Below are positions 42,701 through 57,174 of a stretch of DNA of 64,000 nucleotides, one piece after another. Origin of the DNA: the human T2T-CHM13v2.0 reference genome, Homo sapiens; the NCBI RefSeq assembly GCF_009914755.1, contig NC_060928.1. One strand, 5' to 3'. Below the pieces are notes generated by a model that saw only the letters and a program-made list of their open reading frames with translations, had not been told where the DNA came from and searched no databases. Each line of letters starts with the position of its first letter. The stretch's first letter is position 1. Position numbers and translations under genes: made by a program.

Positions 42701-44204
42701 TTATATAAGTGATATCTCCTTTATTCCTGATAAAATTGATGTTGGAGACTATGGCTCATATATAAAGATTTACCTAACATGGCTCTGGTCAAACTGGAGG
42801 ACAGAGGCCTTTCCACAGGAGGTTTGTCCCTCATACCTGTGCCATGGAGACTGGATTCCTATACTATAAAGAAAAACAAACCAAAAAGAGTGTGGAAATA
42901 AGGTTGTTTTTTTTTTTTTTTTATTTACGAACTCTCTAATTAGATTAAAGAAGTGAGTGAGTGGTATAGAGCAGTCATTCAGGAGTATTTTATGAAGAGC
43001 TTCCAAGTGGAATAGAACCTCAGGAGTGGGGAAGGAATGATTTCTTCCAACAGGTCCATTCTTGCCTGCTCATCTGCAATGCAGATTCTGCCCCTGTAGA
43101 GAAGATGTGAAATTATCTAGTTTGTAGGATGAATTTGTCATTTTTATTCAGGTGAGGGCTACAAGGCCATTTGGCCCTCCTCCTGAGTCTTATCTTTGAA
43201 TCCAGTTTTAATCAATATAGTAGTTTAATCTACATTAATCTGATTTCTCATCTATCAGTTGCTTGTAAATTGGGAAAGGTGTTATCCATTAATCACTTAA
43301 ATACAATCAGAATGAAAACATGAATGACAAAAGTAGTGGGCAGGGGAGGAGGGTCGCCAGAAAGTGTTATGTGGCAGAGAAAAGAGAGAAGTGCTTTTCC
43401 TCTGATAAGAAAACTCTCCAGACAAGAGCATTATCGCCAACTCCATCATTAATTAGAAGCATTTGAGTTCTACAGATACAGTATTTGCATTGAGTTTCTC
43501 CTTCAAGGCAGAGGCATCTGAATCCCCAACATCAGCAGTGACTTACGGGTTAATGGGAAGCAGCACTTGCACCCAAGTGCCCAGATACATGAAGACATAC
43601 CTTGAAAGTACAGCAGACATGAAGTAAAAGTAGAGAGGAAAGTCAATACAGGGATCCCTACCATATATTCAAAAGTATAATGGAACTGGGGTGGTACAAG
43701 CCATGAAATAGCTATCATTTATATTTGGGATATCTAATAAAATTATTGGCTCTTGACACTTGAGAGATCACCACAGACTAATTATAAAGGTGTCATTTGA
43801 GGTGAGCCTGGAAGTTTGTCAGTTGAAGCATTTGTTGGAGCAAGTATGTTTTAGATAAAGAAAATAGCAAGCTGACATCACAAAGGTGTAAACATGCTAA
43901 ACTATTTCAAAGTAAAATTTCAAAAATATGTCTTACAGTTTGAGTTTATGACAACTAAAAGGAATATATGTAGGACAGTAAATTCAAACCGCATATTAGA
44001 ATTAAAATGTTCCCAGTAAAGCTTTACATGTATTCTTAATGTTTTTTTTAAACCTGCAATGGAATTTCAGAAATTAACTGAATTTCTGTTTGGGGACCTT
44101 ATTACTGGAATAATTCCTTGCAAAATCAATGCAAAAGGAGCATCTATGTTTAATTGAAGCAAGAAAGGATGGGAACTGGAGTAATGCTAGGAAAGTTATT
44201 TCAG

Positions 44205-44392
44205 TTGCATGATTCTCAAAGTTCAGTGGATAGGGTGATAATGTGGGAACCTGTTAAAACACAGATCCTAAGATTTCAGCCTCAGATATTTGAACTCATT
44301 TGCTCTGAAAAAAAAGCACAATTGTCAACATTTTAATAAGCTCTGTGCATGAAGTTAAAGTGTGTTGTCCAACACATGTTGAGCAATGCTGT
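44205..44392. mobile_element. MER5-type hAT-Charlie MITE within L2 relics
   Basis: ttctcaaagt...tgttaaaacacagatcc...ttgagcaatgctg with inverted ends. Confidence 0.55.
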
Positions 44393-44545
44393 AGTAGTTT
44401 AAATTAGAAGTGATGAGTGCTTGAACCTGGGAATGGCAATGGAAATGAAAAGAAGACGATAGACTAAGAGACATTTTGAGCATTCATCCACCAGGGTTAA
44501 AAGACTAGGTGAACACACTGGTGAAAAAAGACTCATAAGTAATTC

Positions 44546-45786
44546 TTTTTATTATTATTATTATACTTTAAGTTCAGGGGTATATGTGCAGAATGTGCAG
44601 TTTTGTTACATAGGTATACATGTGCCATGGTGGTTTGCTGCACCCATCAACCCGTCACCTACATTAGGTATTTCTCCTAATCCTATACCTCCGCTAGCCC
44701 CCCCACCTCCTGACAGGCCCCAGTGTGTAATATTTCCTTCTCTGTGTCCATGTGTTCTCACTGTTCAGCTCCCACTTATGAGTGAGAATGTGCAGTGTTT
44801 GGTTTTCTGTTCTTGTGTTAGTTGGCGGAGAATGATGGTTTCCAGCTTCATCCATGTCCCTGCAAAGGACATGAACTCATCCTTTTTTATGGCTGCATAG
44901 TATTCCATGGTGTATATGTGCCACATTTTCTTTATCCAGTCTATCATTGATGGGCATTTGGGTTGGTTCCAAGTCTTCGCTATCATGAATAGTGCCACAA
45001 TAAACATAATGTACATGTGTCTTTATAGTAGAATGATTTATAATCCTTTGGGTATATATGGGATTGCTGGGTCAAATGATATTTCTGGTTCTAGATCCTT
45101 GAGGAATCACCACACTGTCTTCCACAACAGTTGAACTAATTTACACTCCCAACAGTGTAAAAGCGTTCCTAGTTCTCCACACACTCTCCAGCATCTGTTG
45201 TTTCCTGACTTTTTAATGATCACCTTTCTAACTGGCTTGAGATGATATCTCATTGTGGTTTTGATTTGCATTTTTCTAATGAACAGTGATGATGAGCTTT
45301 TTTTCATATGTTTTTTGGCTGCATAAATGTCTTCTTTTGAGAAGTGTCTGTTCATATCTTTTGCCCACTTTCTGATGGGCTTGCTTGTTTTTGTCTTGTA
45401 AATTTGCTTAGGTTCTTTGTAGATTCTGGATATTAGCCCTTTGTCTGATGGGTAGATTGCAAAAATTTTCTCCCATTCTGTAGGTTGCCTGTTCACTCTG
45501 ATGATAGTTTCTTTTGCTGTATAGAAGGTATTTAGTTTAATTAGGTCCCATTTGTCAATTTTGGCTTTTGTTGCCATTGCTTTTGGTGTTTTAGACATGA
45601 AGTCTTTGCCCATACCTATGTCCTGAATGGTATTGCCTGGGTTTTCTTCTACGGTTTCTATGATTTTAGGTCTTACATTTAAGTCTTTAATCCATCTTGA
45701 GTCAGTTTTTGTATAAGGTGTAAGGAAGGGGACCAGTTTCAGTTTTCTGCATATGGCTAGCCAGTTTTCCCAACACCATTTATTAA
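44546..45786 (-). mobile_element. 5'-truncated L1PA7-like (3'UTR plus ORF2 C-terminal remnant)
   Basis: ORFs 45107-45613 ([27 protein letters not shown]...) and 44765-45016 are frameshifted L1 ORF2 C-terminal pieces. Short flanking repeat aattc. Confidence 0.95.
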
Positions 45787-46125
45787 CAATTCAAGCCCTG
45801 ACAGTGAAGAGAACATTGATGTTTTTAGTAAAATTTAAAAAAAAAAACAAACTTCAGAGGACTTACATTTTAGAGAAGGAAAATAAATTTTTCAAGAAGA
45901 CAGCTTGAGTTTAAGGTGGCATAAGGAAAGTGAAATGGAGATGCTCACTAGGTACTTTGTTGAGGGTCAGGGAGAGTGAAGAAAGTTAAAGGCTTAGACT
46001 CAGCAGTCACCTATCTATAGTTAACAAATAAGACGATAAAAGTGGAAGAAAGAAATGTGAAGCTCTGAGAATCCATATGGCTAGGGGAGCGGAGGTTTGG
46101 AACTAGTAATAAAAATGTTTTTCCT

Positions 46126-46434
<309 letters not shown>

Positions 46435-46949
46435 TCGTGTTTTTCCTGAGACTTAACCATTAAAACAAAATTCGAACTTAAAGCAAATGCTAATGTGGGG
46501 AAGAGGAAAGACAGCATAATCCAGGCAGAGGCCACAACCACTGAGGAAACCAAGACTAGAGACACAGCAGAAGGGAAAAGTCAATGCCTGAATTGCCTCT
46601 TGTGACTGAAGGGTTAGGGAGAGGCCAGCTTCTGAGGATCTTTGTCTTTGTAGACCAAGTGAAAATTTTTAATCTTTACAGTAAGAGCAGTGAGAAGTCA
46701 CATGTTTCTTAAAACAAAACAAAACAAAAAAAACAGGAATATTTCTAGCACAGTGTGCTGATACATACCATATAAGATGCTGTTCTAATTCTAGAGCATG
46801 GCTGAGCTGCAGCATTGACTCAAGCCTGTTGTTGCTTTTCCAAATGTACCTTACAGGACAGTGAAATATATCATAAAGAAATTGCCTTTCTAGGTGTCCA
46901 TCCTGAATCCACTCTTACTCATGGTGTTATTTTGAAAAAAATATTTAAT

Positions 46950-47100
46950 TCATGCTTCTTAACTTTGGTTTCATATTCCAACCATCTAAAAATACCAATG
47001 CCTGGTCCCACCTCCCACAGATTCTAAACTCAAGGATTGGTGGTATTTTTAAAACATATTCAGGTGTTTCTAATGTGTATCCAAAACTGAGAACCAGGGA
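46950..47100. mobile_element. MER5A-like MITE
   Basis: aaaaataccaatgcctggtcccacctcccacagattct...caggtgtttctaatgtgtatccaaaactgagaacca. Confidence 0.65.
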
Positions 47101-49219
47101 CTGTCACTAAATGTTTCAGTTATTTATCTTGAAAATGGGCTGATTATAATAATACCTAATACTTGGAGATGATATAAAATGAGGTGGTGTTTGGAAACAC
47201 TATGTGTAAGCTAGACATGTATTTAAGTGTGTATTATGTCTCCTCATAGTCACTTACTGTAGTCATTCAAGTGTTGCAAAAGGCTCTTCCATGAAAAAGA
47301 TCCATGAGGAAAGCTTTTTCTGTAGCTTCTGGCCTGGTACTTTAACTTGTAATGGTTTCTTCCTTCAACCAGTCATAGAAGGCCTGTGGTTTGATGTGTG
47401 GCAAGGTTTCCCTGCTTTCTGTTTATAGACATATTAAAATTTGTTTGCATCATTCTTTCCACATGTGGGATACCCAAAAACTTTGTTCTTGCTTGTTTCT
47501 TGCTGAATATGATTTTTTCCCAACCTTCTACCCCACGATCAGTTGGCCTTCTTCACTTCCATGGCATGAAAAAACAAAACAAACAAATAAAACAAAAAAC
47601 AAAGAACAAACAAAAACTAACAGCAGTAAAAGCAAAAATCTCCTATTTTCTCTGGAGGATGGACCTTTAAATATAAGAGTAAAAATTTAGAAATGTTGAG
47701 TATAGTGATAGTGACGTAATGCCTCCCTTTAAAACTCAGTACAAATTGTGTTATGCAGAATAATTATAGAGTCAAAATTTTAAATGACATCACCACATTC
47801 TCCACGTAAGTTTCTACATAGGGAACAGCATACAGTGCTTTCTGCCTGAGGCTACCGCTCTACCTCCATTCTAGAGTTCATAGATGATATGCAACTTTGA
47901 ACTTGGTCGTCTGAGTAAAGTGTGCATTTTCCAGCCTGGCTTTGATTCCTGTATTGATTCACTGTTGAGAGGTTGTAACTCAGTTCCTAGGCTTCTCATT
48001 CCTATCTGTCATGCATTGTGATTCATCATTGCCTCCACATTTGAGGATAATTTGTTTTCTGTTATTTTGTACTTCCTCAAATGTTCTCTAGCTAAGTCAT
48101 ATATGTATGCATGGTATCTTTCTTAAGGCCAGAGATCATGTTGCTAGGATGATTCTGGGCTAACGGAACTGGTCACAAGAGAACCACCATTTAAAAGAGC
48201 ATAGAAGGCCTAAATTTAATTTTCTACTTCAGTTATTAACAGTTTTCTCTAACAAAGTTGACACATGTCCTCTCCAATGAGTAGATAATGCCTGTGTGAC
48301 ACAAATTAAAGTGATCAGACTGCTGACCAGGCCTTTGCTTTTGTTTTTCACCATCTTTGGTCACTTCCATCCCACGATTATGCTGAGCTATGTTCCTTTC
48401 AGCACAATGCTTAGCCATAATCGTAAACAGTCAATGACTTTTGTCATTGCTCAATCAAAAGCAAAATTTTAAACATGCAAATTTTTTTAAAAAATGTTGT
48501 TATTACTTAGCTCTTTCAGTAACAAATGCTACATGTAAGTATTGAATATTTTGATTCTCAAATGCATCATTGAAGTTCATTAGATTTATTTTATTCAATG
48601 AATATTAGAAATTCGATATAGAAATGGAGAATGGGATAAGGAAGTTGAAAATCTTGGCAGAGGCATTTTTCAATGCATCTAGTTAAGAACACCAGACTTT
48701 CATTGAAAGTCATATAAAAACATACAGTTTATTTAACTGTAACCATTATTTTCCACTCTACCTTGGTAAACAGATAGTGCTGCAGTGTTTCAAGTAATGC
48801 CACCTGACAGGAGCAGCAGAAGGAAGTGCCTCTGGCTTCCAAAATTATGACTTATTGTTTCAATGTAGAAAAATTCTTAGTGTGATTAACATTTACTGTT
48901 TTTACTAACAATATTTAGCTGAGTTCCACTGCAGGCACCAAAGCATTGCTTTAGGAGCTCTTGGAAGGAGATGATGCTCTTTTTTTGTTTGTTTGTTTTT
49001 TCCTCCAAAATACTGTACTATTCACAGTGCACTTACCTTCAAGTTTTTAAATGCGAGTTTGTTTGAATTGAGTTTGACCTAAATGGCTTAGTAAATGGAA
49101 GTGAGGAAAAGCTGTTTCCACTTTCTAGCACTTTGAAATGTTCCCATCTAACACTTTCTAAATACACGGGTCAAAAAACACTTCAGTGGCCTAGGTAAAG
49201 CCTGCAAGCAATGGAAAAT

Positions 49220-49430
49220 GAAGTAACATTTGACAAACACCTTTTAGTGCTGGGCACTTAACAGTGTTATATAAGTCTGAGAATGACTATGTAAGTTAAA
49301 TGCGAGTAGCTCCATTTTTAAAATGAGGAAAATAAAATCCATCGCAATGTAAGTAACTTGCCCAACATCACTCAAAGGCCAGTGGCCAAGTCAGAACTCA
49401 AAACTTTGTGCTTCTGACCACAGAGACCTT
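49220..49430 (-). mobile_element. MIR
   Basis: ccattttta aaatgaggaaaat...aagtaacttgcccaacatcac. Confidence 0.7.
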
Positions 49431-49802
49431 GCTTAGCAGACATTTCTGTGTCAACTAGCTGATCCAGCTACTCTTAATAAGCAGTAAATGATTTCTTACC
49501 CCACCCTCTGTATGTTCAAGATGTTTTCCAAGATACTTAAATTGATAAAAATTCACCCAAGAAATAATACGATGTTTTTTGTCTTTTTCTGCCTAAGCCC
49601 TTAAATCTTAATAGGACCACAAACCCAGAATGTAAAAACAAAACAAAACAAAAAAAGCACTTTACTGATCTCTCTTTCACATATTTTGAGGCAATGATCA
49701 AAATAAATGTTCTTTGCTATCCTTGGAATAATACTGTATCCCAAAGTAGTACTGTAAAACTCGAAAATGTTGGAGTTGAAAGAGACCTTGGAGATTATTT
49801 GA

Positions 49803-49804
<2 letters not shown>

Positions 49805-49837
<33 letters not shown>

Positions 49838-50095
49838 AGACAGAGACTCACTCAGTATGATCTGAGCTCACTGCAACCTCCACTTCCCAGGTTCAAGTGA
49901 TTCTCCTGGCTCAACCTCCGGAATAGCTGGAGTTCCATACATGCCTCACTACACCAGGCTAATCTTTGTATTTTTAGTAGAGACTTGGCTTTACAATGTT
50001 GGCCAGGCTGGTCACGAACCCCTGACCTCAAGTGATCCGACCGCCTCGGCCTCTCAAAGTGCTAGGATTATAGGCATGAACCACCCTGCCGGGTT
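49805..50095 (-). mobile_element. AluS (Sx/Sz-like) with ~33-nt T tail and an internal deletion, inserted in a MIR-like relic
   Basis: gagacagagactcactc is joined to agtatgatctgagctcactgc, so the gcccaggctggagtgc segment is missing. cctgacctcaagtgatcc is present. Confidence 0.9.
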
Positions 50096-53000
50096 CTAAT
50101 CTTAAACTTGATATTTACATATGAGAAAGTTGGAAGCTGAGCCTCTAAAGAGCTCACGTATAGGTTTCAATTTAGTCGCCAAGTTAAGTAGAAGAGTTAG
50201 AATTAAAATCAAGGGATCCTAGTCCTTATCTCTGTGTTTTTATCCACAGTGCTATGAATAACTCTACAAATGCAGTGTTATTTTACTTTTGCTTTATATT
50301 CCTGTACATGTTTGCAGATATTTGTTCAATTTAATGTTTTAACACTCCTTAAAATAGTGAACCACACTTCTTAACTTTTTTTCTTACTTGGGGATGTAAA
50401 AGGGAGTACTGAATGGGACCCTGTGTACTTGCATACTTCTCAAAGTAACCTGATTGTTATAGAAGTCTTATTGTTTTTACCAGGCCGAACATTGACTTGA
50501 GTTCATTCGAATGGTATCTTTTAAGCATTGTTGTCTTTGGTCAATTGATATTTAATTATTGCCAGTTGACTTATCAATCTCATTGTCCTAAAATGTCCAA
50601 ATATATGTAAAATACATTAAACTAGTAGAATAAAAAGTTTTCTATAACAAAGAAAAATTACTAAAATTACTCTATTTCTGTAGAAGCTAATCCAGGACTC
50701 TGAGAGAGAGTTTCATTTGTATGTCCAAATACATTCACCTACCTATACATGTGTCCTTTTGGTAGAGAATAATTTTTTATTCATTTTCTTAATGAATAGC
50801 AAATTACATTTGAGAAAACAAACATTCTCACTGTACAAAATTGAAAATGGCTAATTTCTCACTTACATAGATTTCTTAGAACATCTGATACTTTCTCTAT
50901 TCCTTCCATGAGAAATAACATTGTAAATTGAGCTGTTAAACTGATTCATGCATAGACCAGCAAAAAAGGGCAGTAAGTGGCTCTGAATCTTTCATAAATG
51001 CGGCAGAAAAGATTTCTGTCTGTGCTTACCCCTTACCCCTGCTATTTTATGTCATAATGCATCATTACATACTGATGTTTGTTCCTGTGCAAGTCAGCAA
51101 AAAAAAGGATTACATAGTGTATGCTGGCCCTTTTCCTTGAATTAACTATGTCACTTTTGATTTGTTATGTTATTGGACCATGTTTCAGGCCTTTTTAACA
51201 CTGGCAACTATGGTACAAATATACATAGTCATCTCCAGAGGTTTGCTATTTTGTCATCTGAACCCTGAACATTTTAAATATTTTTATTCAGATAAAATGG
51301 TTTTAAAATAATATAAAATAATGCTCAAAAGGGAAAGACATTGATAATGTGCAATGTAAATAGAGGGTTTGGTGTGACACTGTCTTGTGGAAATTGTGGT
51401 AGTGAGCGGAATTATTCTACAGATTCATTTCTAAAACAAAATTTAAAAAAATGAGTATGAAATGGCCTCAGGTGGAACATAGTCTAATAATCATTTTCAT
51501 TGTCATGTTTGTTTTCTGATAGCTAGGTCCAATAATCAGTCACATTTTGCCTGAAACTTCACTGATGAAGAATTCACTGCCTTCGTGGATGTTTTTGACA
51601 CTCAAACCTTTCTTCATGGTTGCTCACATTTTCCAAATGTGGTTTCATTTTTATCTGTTGATCCCAATATATCACCTGGAAATACTAAATGAAGGAATAA
51701 TGTACTTACTAAATACATTTGTGTAATATACTGTGAACAGGTAGTCTGATATTTTATTAGCCATAATCTAGCAGAGAAGAAACAATGTAATTTTTCTATT
51801 TAAATAGATTCATTTATTAAACTTCTATTGAGTGACAATTCTCCTTTAGGCTCTAGGATAAGTCCTGGGTATTCAAAGGGGAATAAGATGTGGTTCTTGT
51901 TCTCACAGAGTTCATGGTCTAATGAAAAGACCAAAAAAAGGTAAGAGTGGAGTGATCTGCTACACACTTGCTAAGTGACCCAGCACAAGTGTGGTTGCCT
52001 GTGTGTTTGTGTTAGAAGAGATAATGTTATTTAAAGGGCTTACCATAGGTGAAATCAGCAAAAGGTGGTTTCCAGTTAAGAGGTTGATGTGAAAATCTAC
52101 ATTACAGCATTTATGAACTAATTAAGATAGTAGCTGTTTTGTGGCATTTGACATGGTGAATTTAAGAATGTTTTAGATTCTGTGACATACATAGTCTGAA
52201 ATCTTCAAATATGTCAGCTAGTAATAAAAGAAAATTAAGAAGCAATGCTTCTGTAACATACAGTAGACATAGTATCTTTTCCTTTTCTTGGAATTAAATT
52301 GGAATTTTATAAGAAAAAACTGTGGGAAGGTTAAAATGACAGTAAATAAAATTGTGGATGCATGGATCAATTGTGAAGAAGAAATAAAGATAATTTTGTG
52401 AAAACAGCGTTAGTATTTAAATGACTACTAAATCAGGCCTTAAAATACATTTTCCTGAAAATATGTTCACTTAAGGTTGTGTTTATATCAATTCAGAATT
52501 GATGATATTAAAACTGAAATTTATTTAATTTTACAGTCATGTTACAGATTTAATTAAAACATTTTTGAGATTAGAAGGAAAAAATCACCCACACATGGAA
52601 TGTGACATAGCCTCTACCGTTTTTATAGAAAGTAACTGGAAAACAAATCCTTTTTAGGTTAAACCTAAGACCCAATAGTTTAATGTCTGAATGACAGATG
52701 ATTATGAAAAAAGAAGCACGTGCTCTCTTCTCTCTCTTCCTCTTCGTATTCTCACTCTAACTCAATGTAGTTGCTTTGTTTGAATTTGAAATAAGCTGTT
52801 TTCTAATCGAGGATGTTGTGGATAATCAATCATATGGGGAAGAAAAGAAGTGCTTAATATGGCTCATAATTATTCTCCAAGTTTGCTGAAATTATTTGTA
52901 CAGGAGAGTGACATGATCTTTCTGTCTTGCTCATGTAGGGGGTTTGCTAGTGGGAAATTAGTGATGAAAATAAAATACCGAAATGTCAAATCATTTATGT

Positions 53001-54304
53001 TCCTAAAAGCTGAAATAATTTCAATTTACGAACCAAGACAAAGTAAGGCAAAGAAATCTTTACAAATGTGTTTTTTTCCTTCATAGCATTCATAGCTCTA
53101 ATGCATTTACAAGATGTTAAATCACATAGTTTTAAAGAAATCAGATTGAAATGGGAAACAATTTTCTAACATATTTGAATCTACTTCCAGGACTAATGTA
53201 GACACTCCCCAGAAACTTTGTATATCAATTCAGCTATTAATGGAAGTTGACATGCCATCATTCAGGTTGGTACATTGCACCAATGCTGATTGTACTAGCT
53301 ACATGGGGGAAATATGAAGAAAAGCAGTGATTTAGGATTAGTTTTGCCTGAATAACCTTTTATAGTCCTTCCCAATATCATGGCTCAGTGCAAATATATG
53401 AATTCCTGATTAAAACTGGCTTTCAGCAATACAAAATCTGCACAAAATAAGGAAGTAAACTATTTCAATATCTCAATATTGAAACATTGATAGTGCTCAA
53501 TAAATAAATGTCTATGGAATGAATGAAGAGGTAGACAACTAATATTAAAGCAACACAAAGTTACATGACATAATTTACCAGGGAGGTGGACCATACACTG
53601 ATAATTAATGTGTCTGCATTATTATTGTGATACTTCACTAACGTATAATTGTCCATCTCAAATAAATAAGTTGTTACTTATTGAATGAACCTCATTCATT
53701 AAGTAAGACTCTTTAAGTAGTTGGCACTTGTAGATGCGATCACAAACCCCAGTCAAAGTCACTAAATATATGCTGCAATGTTCTATGGTCAACATGGTTA
53801 TGATGGAAATTATATTTCCTAGGAACCTCTTTTCTATATGATTTCAACTTATAAAGAATTATTAAATGGGAAACAGCAGTGAAGAAATGGGCATTAGGTT
53901 TGAGATGAAAATATTGCCTTGGAAATACACATAGAGTGATGCAGATTTTTCCCAATTTGTCTCTGCTCTTAACTGCTCTGCATCCAACTCTACTTCCTGA
54001 CTGTTAGCTATGCTAACTAAGAGAAACTCAAGTTCATTCTCCAAATGATTTGATGCAAACTTAAGAAGTAAGGTAACCACAAAGAGCAAAGAGCCAACAT
54101 GATTCCACAGACTTCAACACCAGCCCCATTTATGGTGCTGCTACTCTAAAAGCTAGATGTAATGAGCATCAATATTTCCTGAAAATTCCATACAATTCTA
54201 TTTCTCTAATCTCTTTTTGGGGGCCTTTATTTCCCTGGATCCTACTTCAATTGTGTAACATCTGACTCCATTAGCAAATTCATTGGTTCATAGTTCTTAT
54301 GATA

Positions 54305-54885
54305 GTTCTGCTTGTCTTATTTTATCCAGCCAAAGATAATCACAATGATATCTCCCATCTTCATGCTCAAGAAGTGGAAACCATTTCTCTGCTCTCTTGA
54401 ATCAGAGTCTAGGAGTTGGGCCTATGACTGCTTTGACCAGTAGAATAGGAAGAAAGGGATGCTGTGCCATTTTCAGGAGCAAGGCTTAATTGGTTTGGTA
54501 TCTTTTGATTTCTCTTACAGAACACATGCTGTAGAGAAGCCCGTCTCCATAAAACAGTCTTGACTACTCTGAGATTTTCATGCTGTGCAGAAGACTAAGC
54601 CGACTGTATGACGAAGAAATGTTAAGAAAAAGAGCTGATCAACCAATTTGGAATCACCGCCGCCTTCCCAGCTGAGGTCCCAGACACTTGAACTGGTCCA
54701 GTTCATCCAAATTTCTGACTATTCTAGACCCAATTGACATTTGATAACAACTACATGTGATATTTGGAGCAAGAACTTCTGTCTGAGACCAATATACTCA
54801 AAGATCCATGAGAGACAATAATATAGTGATGTTTTAAAATATCCAGGCATGGAATTTCTTGTTAATGTAATATTAAATAACAAAA
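54305..54885 (+). mobile_element. MLT1G/H-type MaLR LTR
   Basis: tgactgctttgaccagtagaat...gactactctgaga...catgctgtg...ccatgagagacaataa...gttttaa. Confidence 0.7.
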
Positions 54886-55669
54886 GGAATGAATTACAAG
54901 CGCTGTGTTCTTCCTTGGTCCCCTGCTTTCACCACTGTAGCTCATTTGATAAGGGATTCAGCAATTGCTAAGTGAAGTGGAGCAACCCATTCAAAGTACA
55001 AAACGTTGTTTAACTTTTAATAATTTCATTGCTGGGTTTACTTTCATAATACTTTTCATAATAATTTCATTGCTGGGACCATTTGCTGTGCAAGATTTAC
55101 AAGCATTATTTAGACTATAGTGCCCAAACAAAACAGAAACTATTTTTTAAAGCCATAAATGACTGAGGTCCCACAGGAAAAAAAAAAAAAGATATTTTAA
55201 CAAATATGCACTGTGTCTCCAAATTTTGTTATAAATACATTTTATATTACTATGTTTTGTATTATCAAATACCGTCTAGAAAGTGTGTTAATTTTTATTT
55301 GCTCCTTCATGCTTCTTGACAGTTGGAGAAGGCTGGAGGAATGTGTGACTCAGAGACTTCGGCAACAAGAGTTTTGGCCTTTCAGCAATTACTCAAAATT
55401 TACTTGAAATTCACTGCTGATGAGATTTTGTTGGTACTACAGGGCAGAAGGGAGCCTCAGTAAAGTAGTTATTGCACAGACATTTACTTCAGTGGTGGTA
55501 ATTCTTGCAACAATAAGACAAAATTTTGAGTTCCTCATTTACTCCTTATCAGTATTTTGTGTTTGTATTAATAAATTACTTAATCTCTCTGAGATTTAGT
55601 TCGCTGTGGGCAAAATAGGGACTGAATCCTACATATATATTTATTTATTTTATTTTCTTATTTTTTAAA

Positions 55670-55753
55670 CTTCCTTCCTTCCTTTTTTCCTTCCCTCCCT
55701 CCCTCTCTCCCTCCCTCCCTTCCTCCCTCCTTTCTTTCTTCTTTCTTTCTTCT
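55670..55753. repeat. CT-rich (TTCC/TCCC/TTTC) simple repeat
   Basis: Directly visible. Confidence 0.9.
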
Positions 55754-56259
55754 ATGCCAAAGAGTTTGGTATCCAAAAAATTCTCAATGAAAATTAATAT
55801 CCTTTATTTCTTAACACCCACTGTAGCTCCACACTCCTCCTTTTCCACCTTACTCCATTTCTGTTTTTTTTTTAATTTTTTTCTAGCTACATTCAGATTT
55901 CTGGTTTTCTAATTGAATATTTTATAATACTGTATCTGTTTCTTTCTGAGTATGAGCAACTGCTATATCCTAACTATTTATTGGCTTTGACATCTTCTAC
56001 CTTTCTCCATATGATAATAGCTATGATTAATTGAACAATTATTACATGTGAAGCATTACCTTAATGCAGGTATTATTAATATGGCTGTTTTACAAATGGG
56101 AATTTCAAGGACAAAGAGTGACTAATTTCACATAACTCAGAAAGCTAGTAAGGGGAAGAGTCTTTGGGACTAATTAAATTAGTCAGACAGCATTCTCCTT
56201 CCTAAGAGCAGGGCTTTAAAACTTTTAATAAAAAGACAAAATTTACATTTTGTTTATAC

Positions 56260-56445
56260 CAGTGTGTCTCAAAATGTGCTCCATCATCAACTCTATCAGA
56301 ATTTTCTTAAATGCTTCTTAAAATGCAGATACTTAGGCCCCAAACCAGTAATGGAAAAGAGAAGCTTAAGGTTGCAGTGGAGGAGTCCAAACCTTTCATA
56401 GAATTTCCCAGTGATTCTTGGAACAAAAATGTTTGAGAGCCTTTG
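56260..56445. mobile_element. MER5A/B-like MITE
   Basis: cagtgtgtctcaaaatgtg...ttaaaatgcagatacttaggcccc...gtttgagagcctttg. Confidence 0.65.
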
Positions 56446-56717
56446 TATTAGAAACATACGGAGTTGTTTAAACATAACAATGGGTCACACAATGTCCCTG
56501 ACTATTTAAAATATATCTACATTTGTTTTTTTAAATATTATAAGGCCCAGGGCTATAAAAATAAATGCAATAGTTAGGGTTTGCATGTTGTCCTTCCCCA
56601 TTCTTATAATCCCTATGATTCTGAGGTGTTTTCTACTCCACATTCAATGTGGTTTTCTATAATTATTGATTCACTAGATTGCCTTTCTCATAATTATTTA
56701 CTGTTTAACAACAGCAT

Positions 56718-57121
56718 ATTTAATAACAGAACTTTTGTATCTCCTTTCTCCAATTCATATGTTGCAGCCCAAATATCTCGTAGCTCAGAATGAGACTCTC
56801 TTTGAAAGTAGGCCCTGTAGAAAGGTACTTAAGGTAAAATGAGGTCATATGGGTGAGCCATAATCTAATATGGCTGGTGTCTTTATGAGAGGATATTAGG
56901 ACACAGGCAACACAGACTGAGGTTAAACGCAGACTGAGGATGTGGTGGCACATCCAGAAGGTGATCATCTGCAAGCCAAGGTGAGAGGCCTCAGTAAAAA
57001 ACAAACCTAGCAATACCTTGGTTGGGGACTTCTAGTCCACAAAACTATTAGCAAATAAATTTCTTGTCTAAGCCACCTAGTATGTGACATTTTGTTATGG
57101 CAGCCCTATCAAACTCATACA
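56718..57121 (+). mobile_element. MLT1B-type MaLR LTR
   Basis: aattcatatgttg...taaggtaaaatgaggtcat...atctgcaagccaagg...gagaggcctcag...tttgttatggcagccctatcaaactcataca. Confidence 0.85.
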
Positions 57122-57129
57122 ATAACTAG

Positions 57130-57130
57130 T

Positions 57131-57174
<44 letters not shown>

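Noticed and set aside
44765-45613. 168-aa and 83-aa ORFs resembling a real protein
   Set aside because: They are frameshifted L1 ORF2 C-terminal remnants of a 5'-truncated element, not a host gene.
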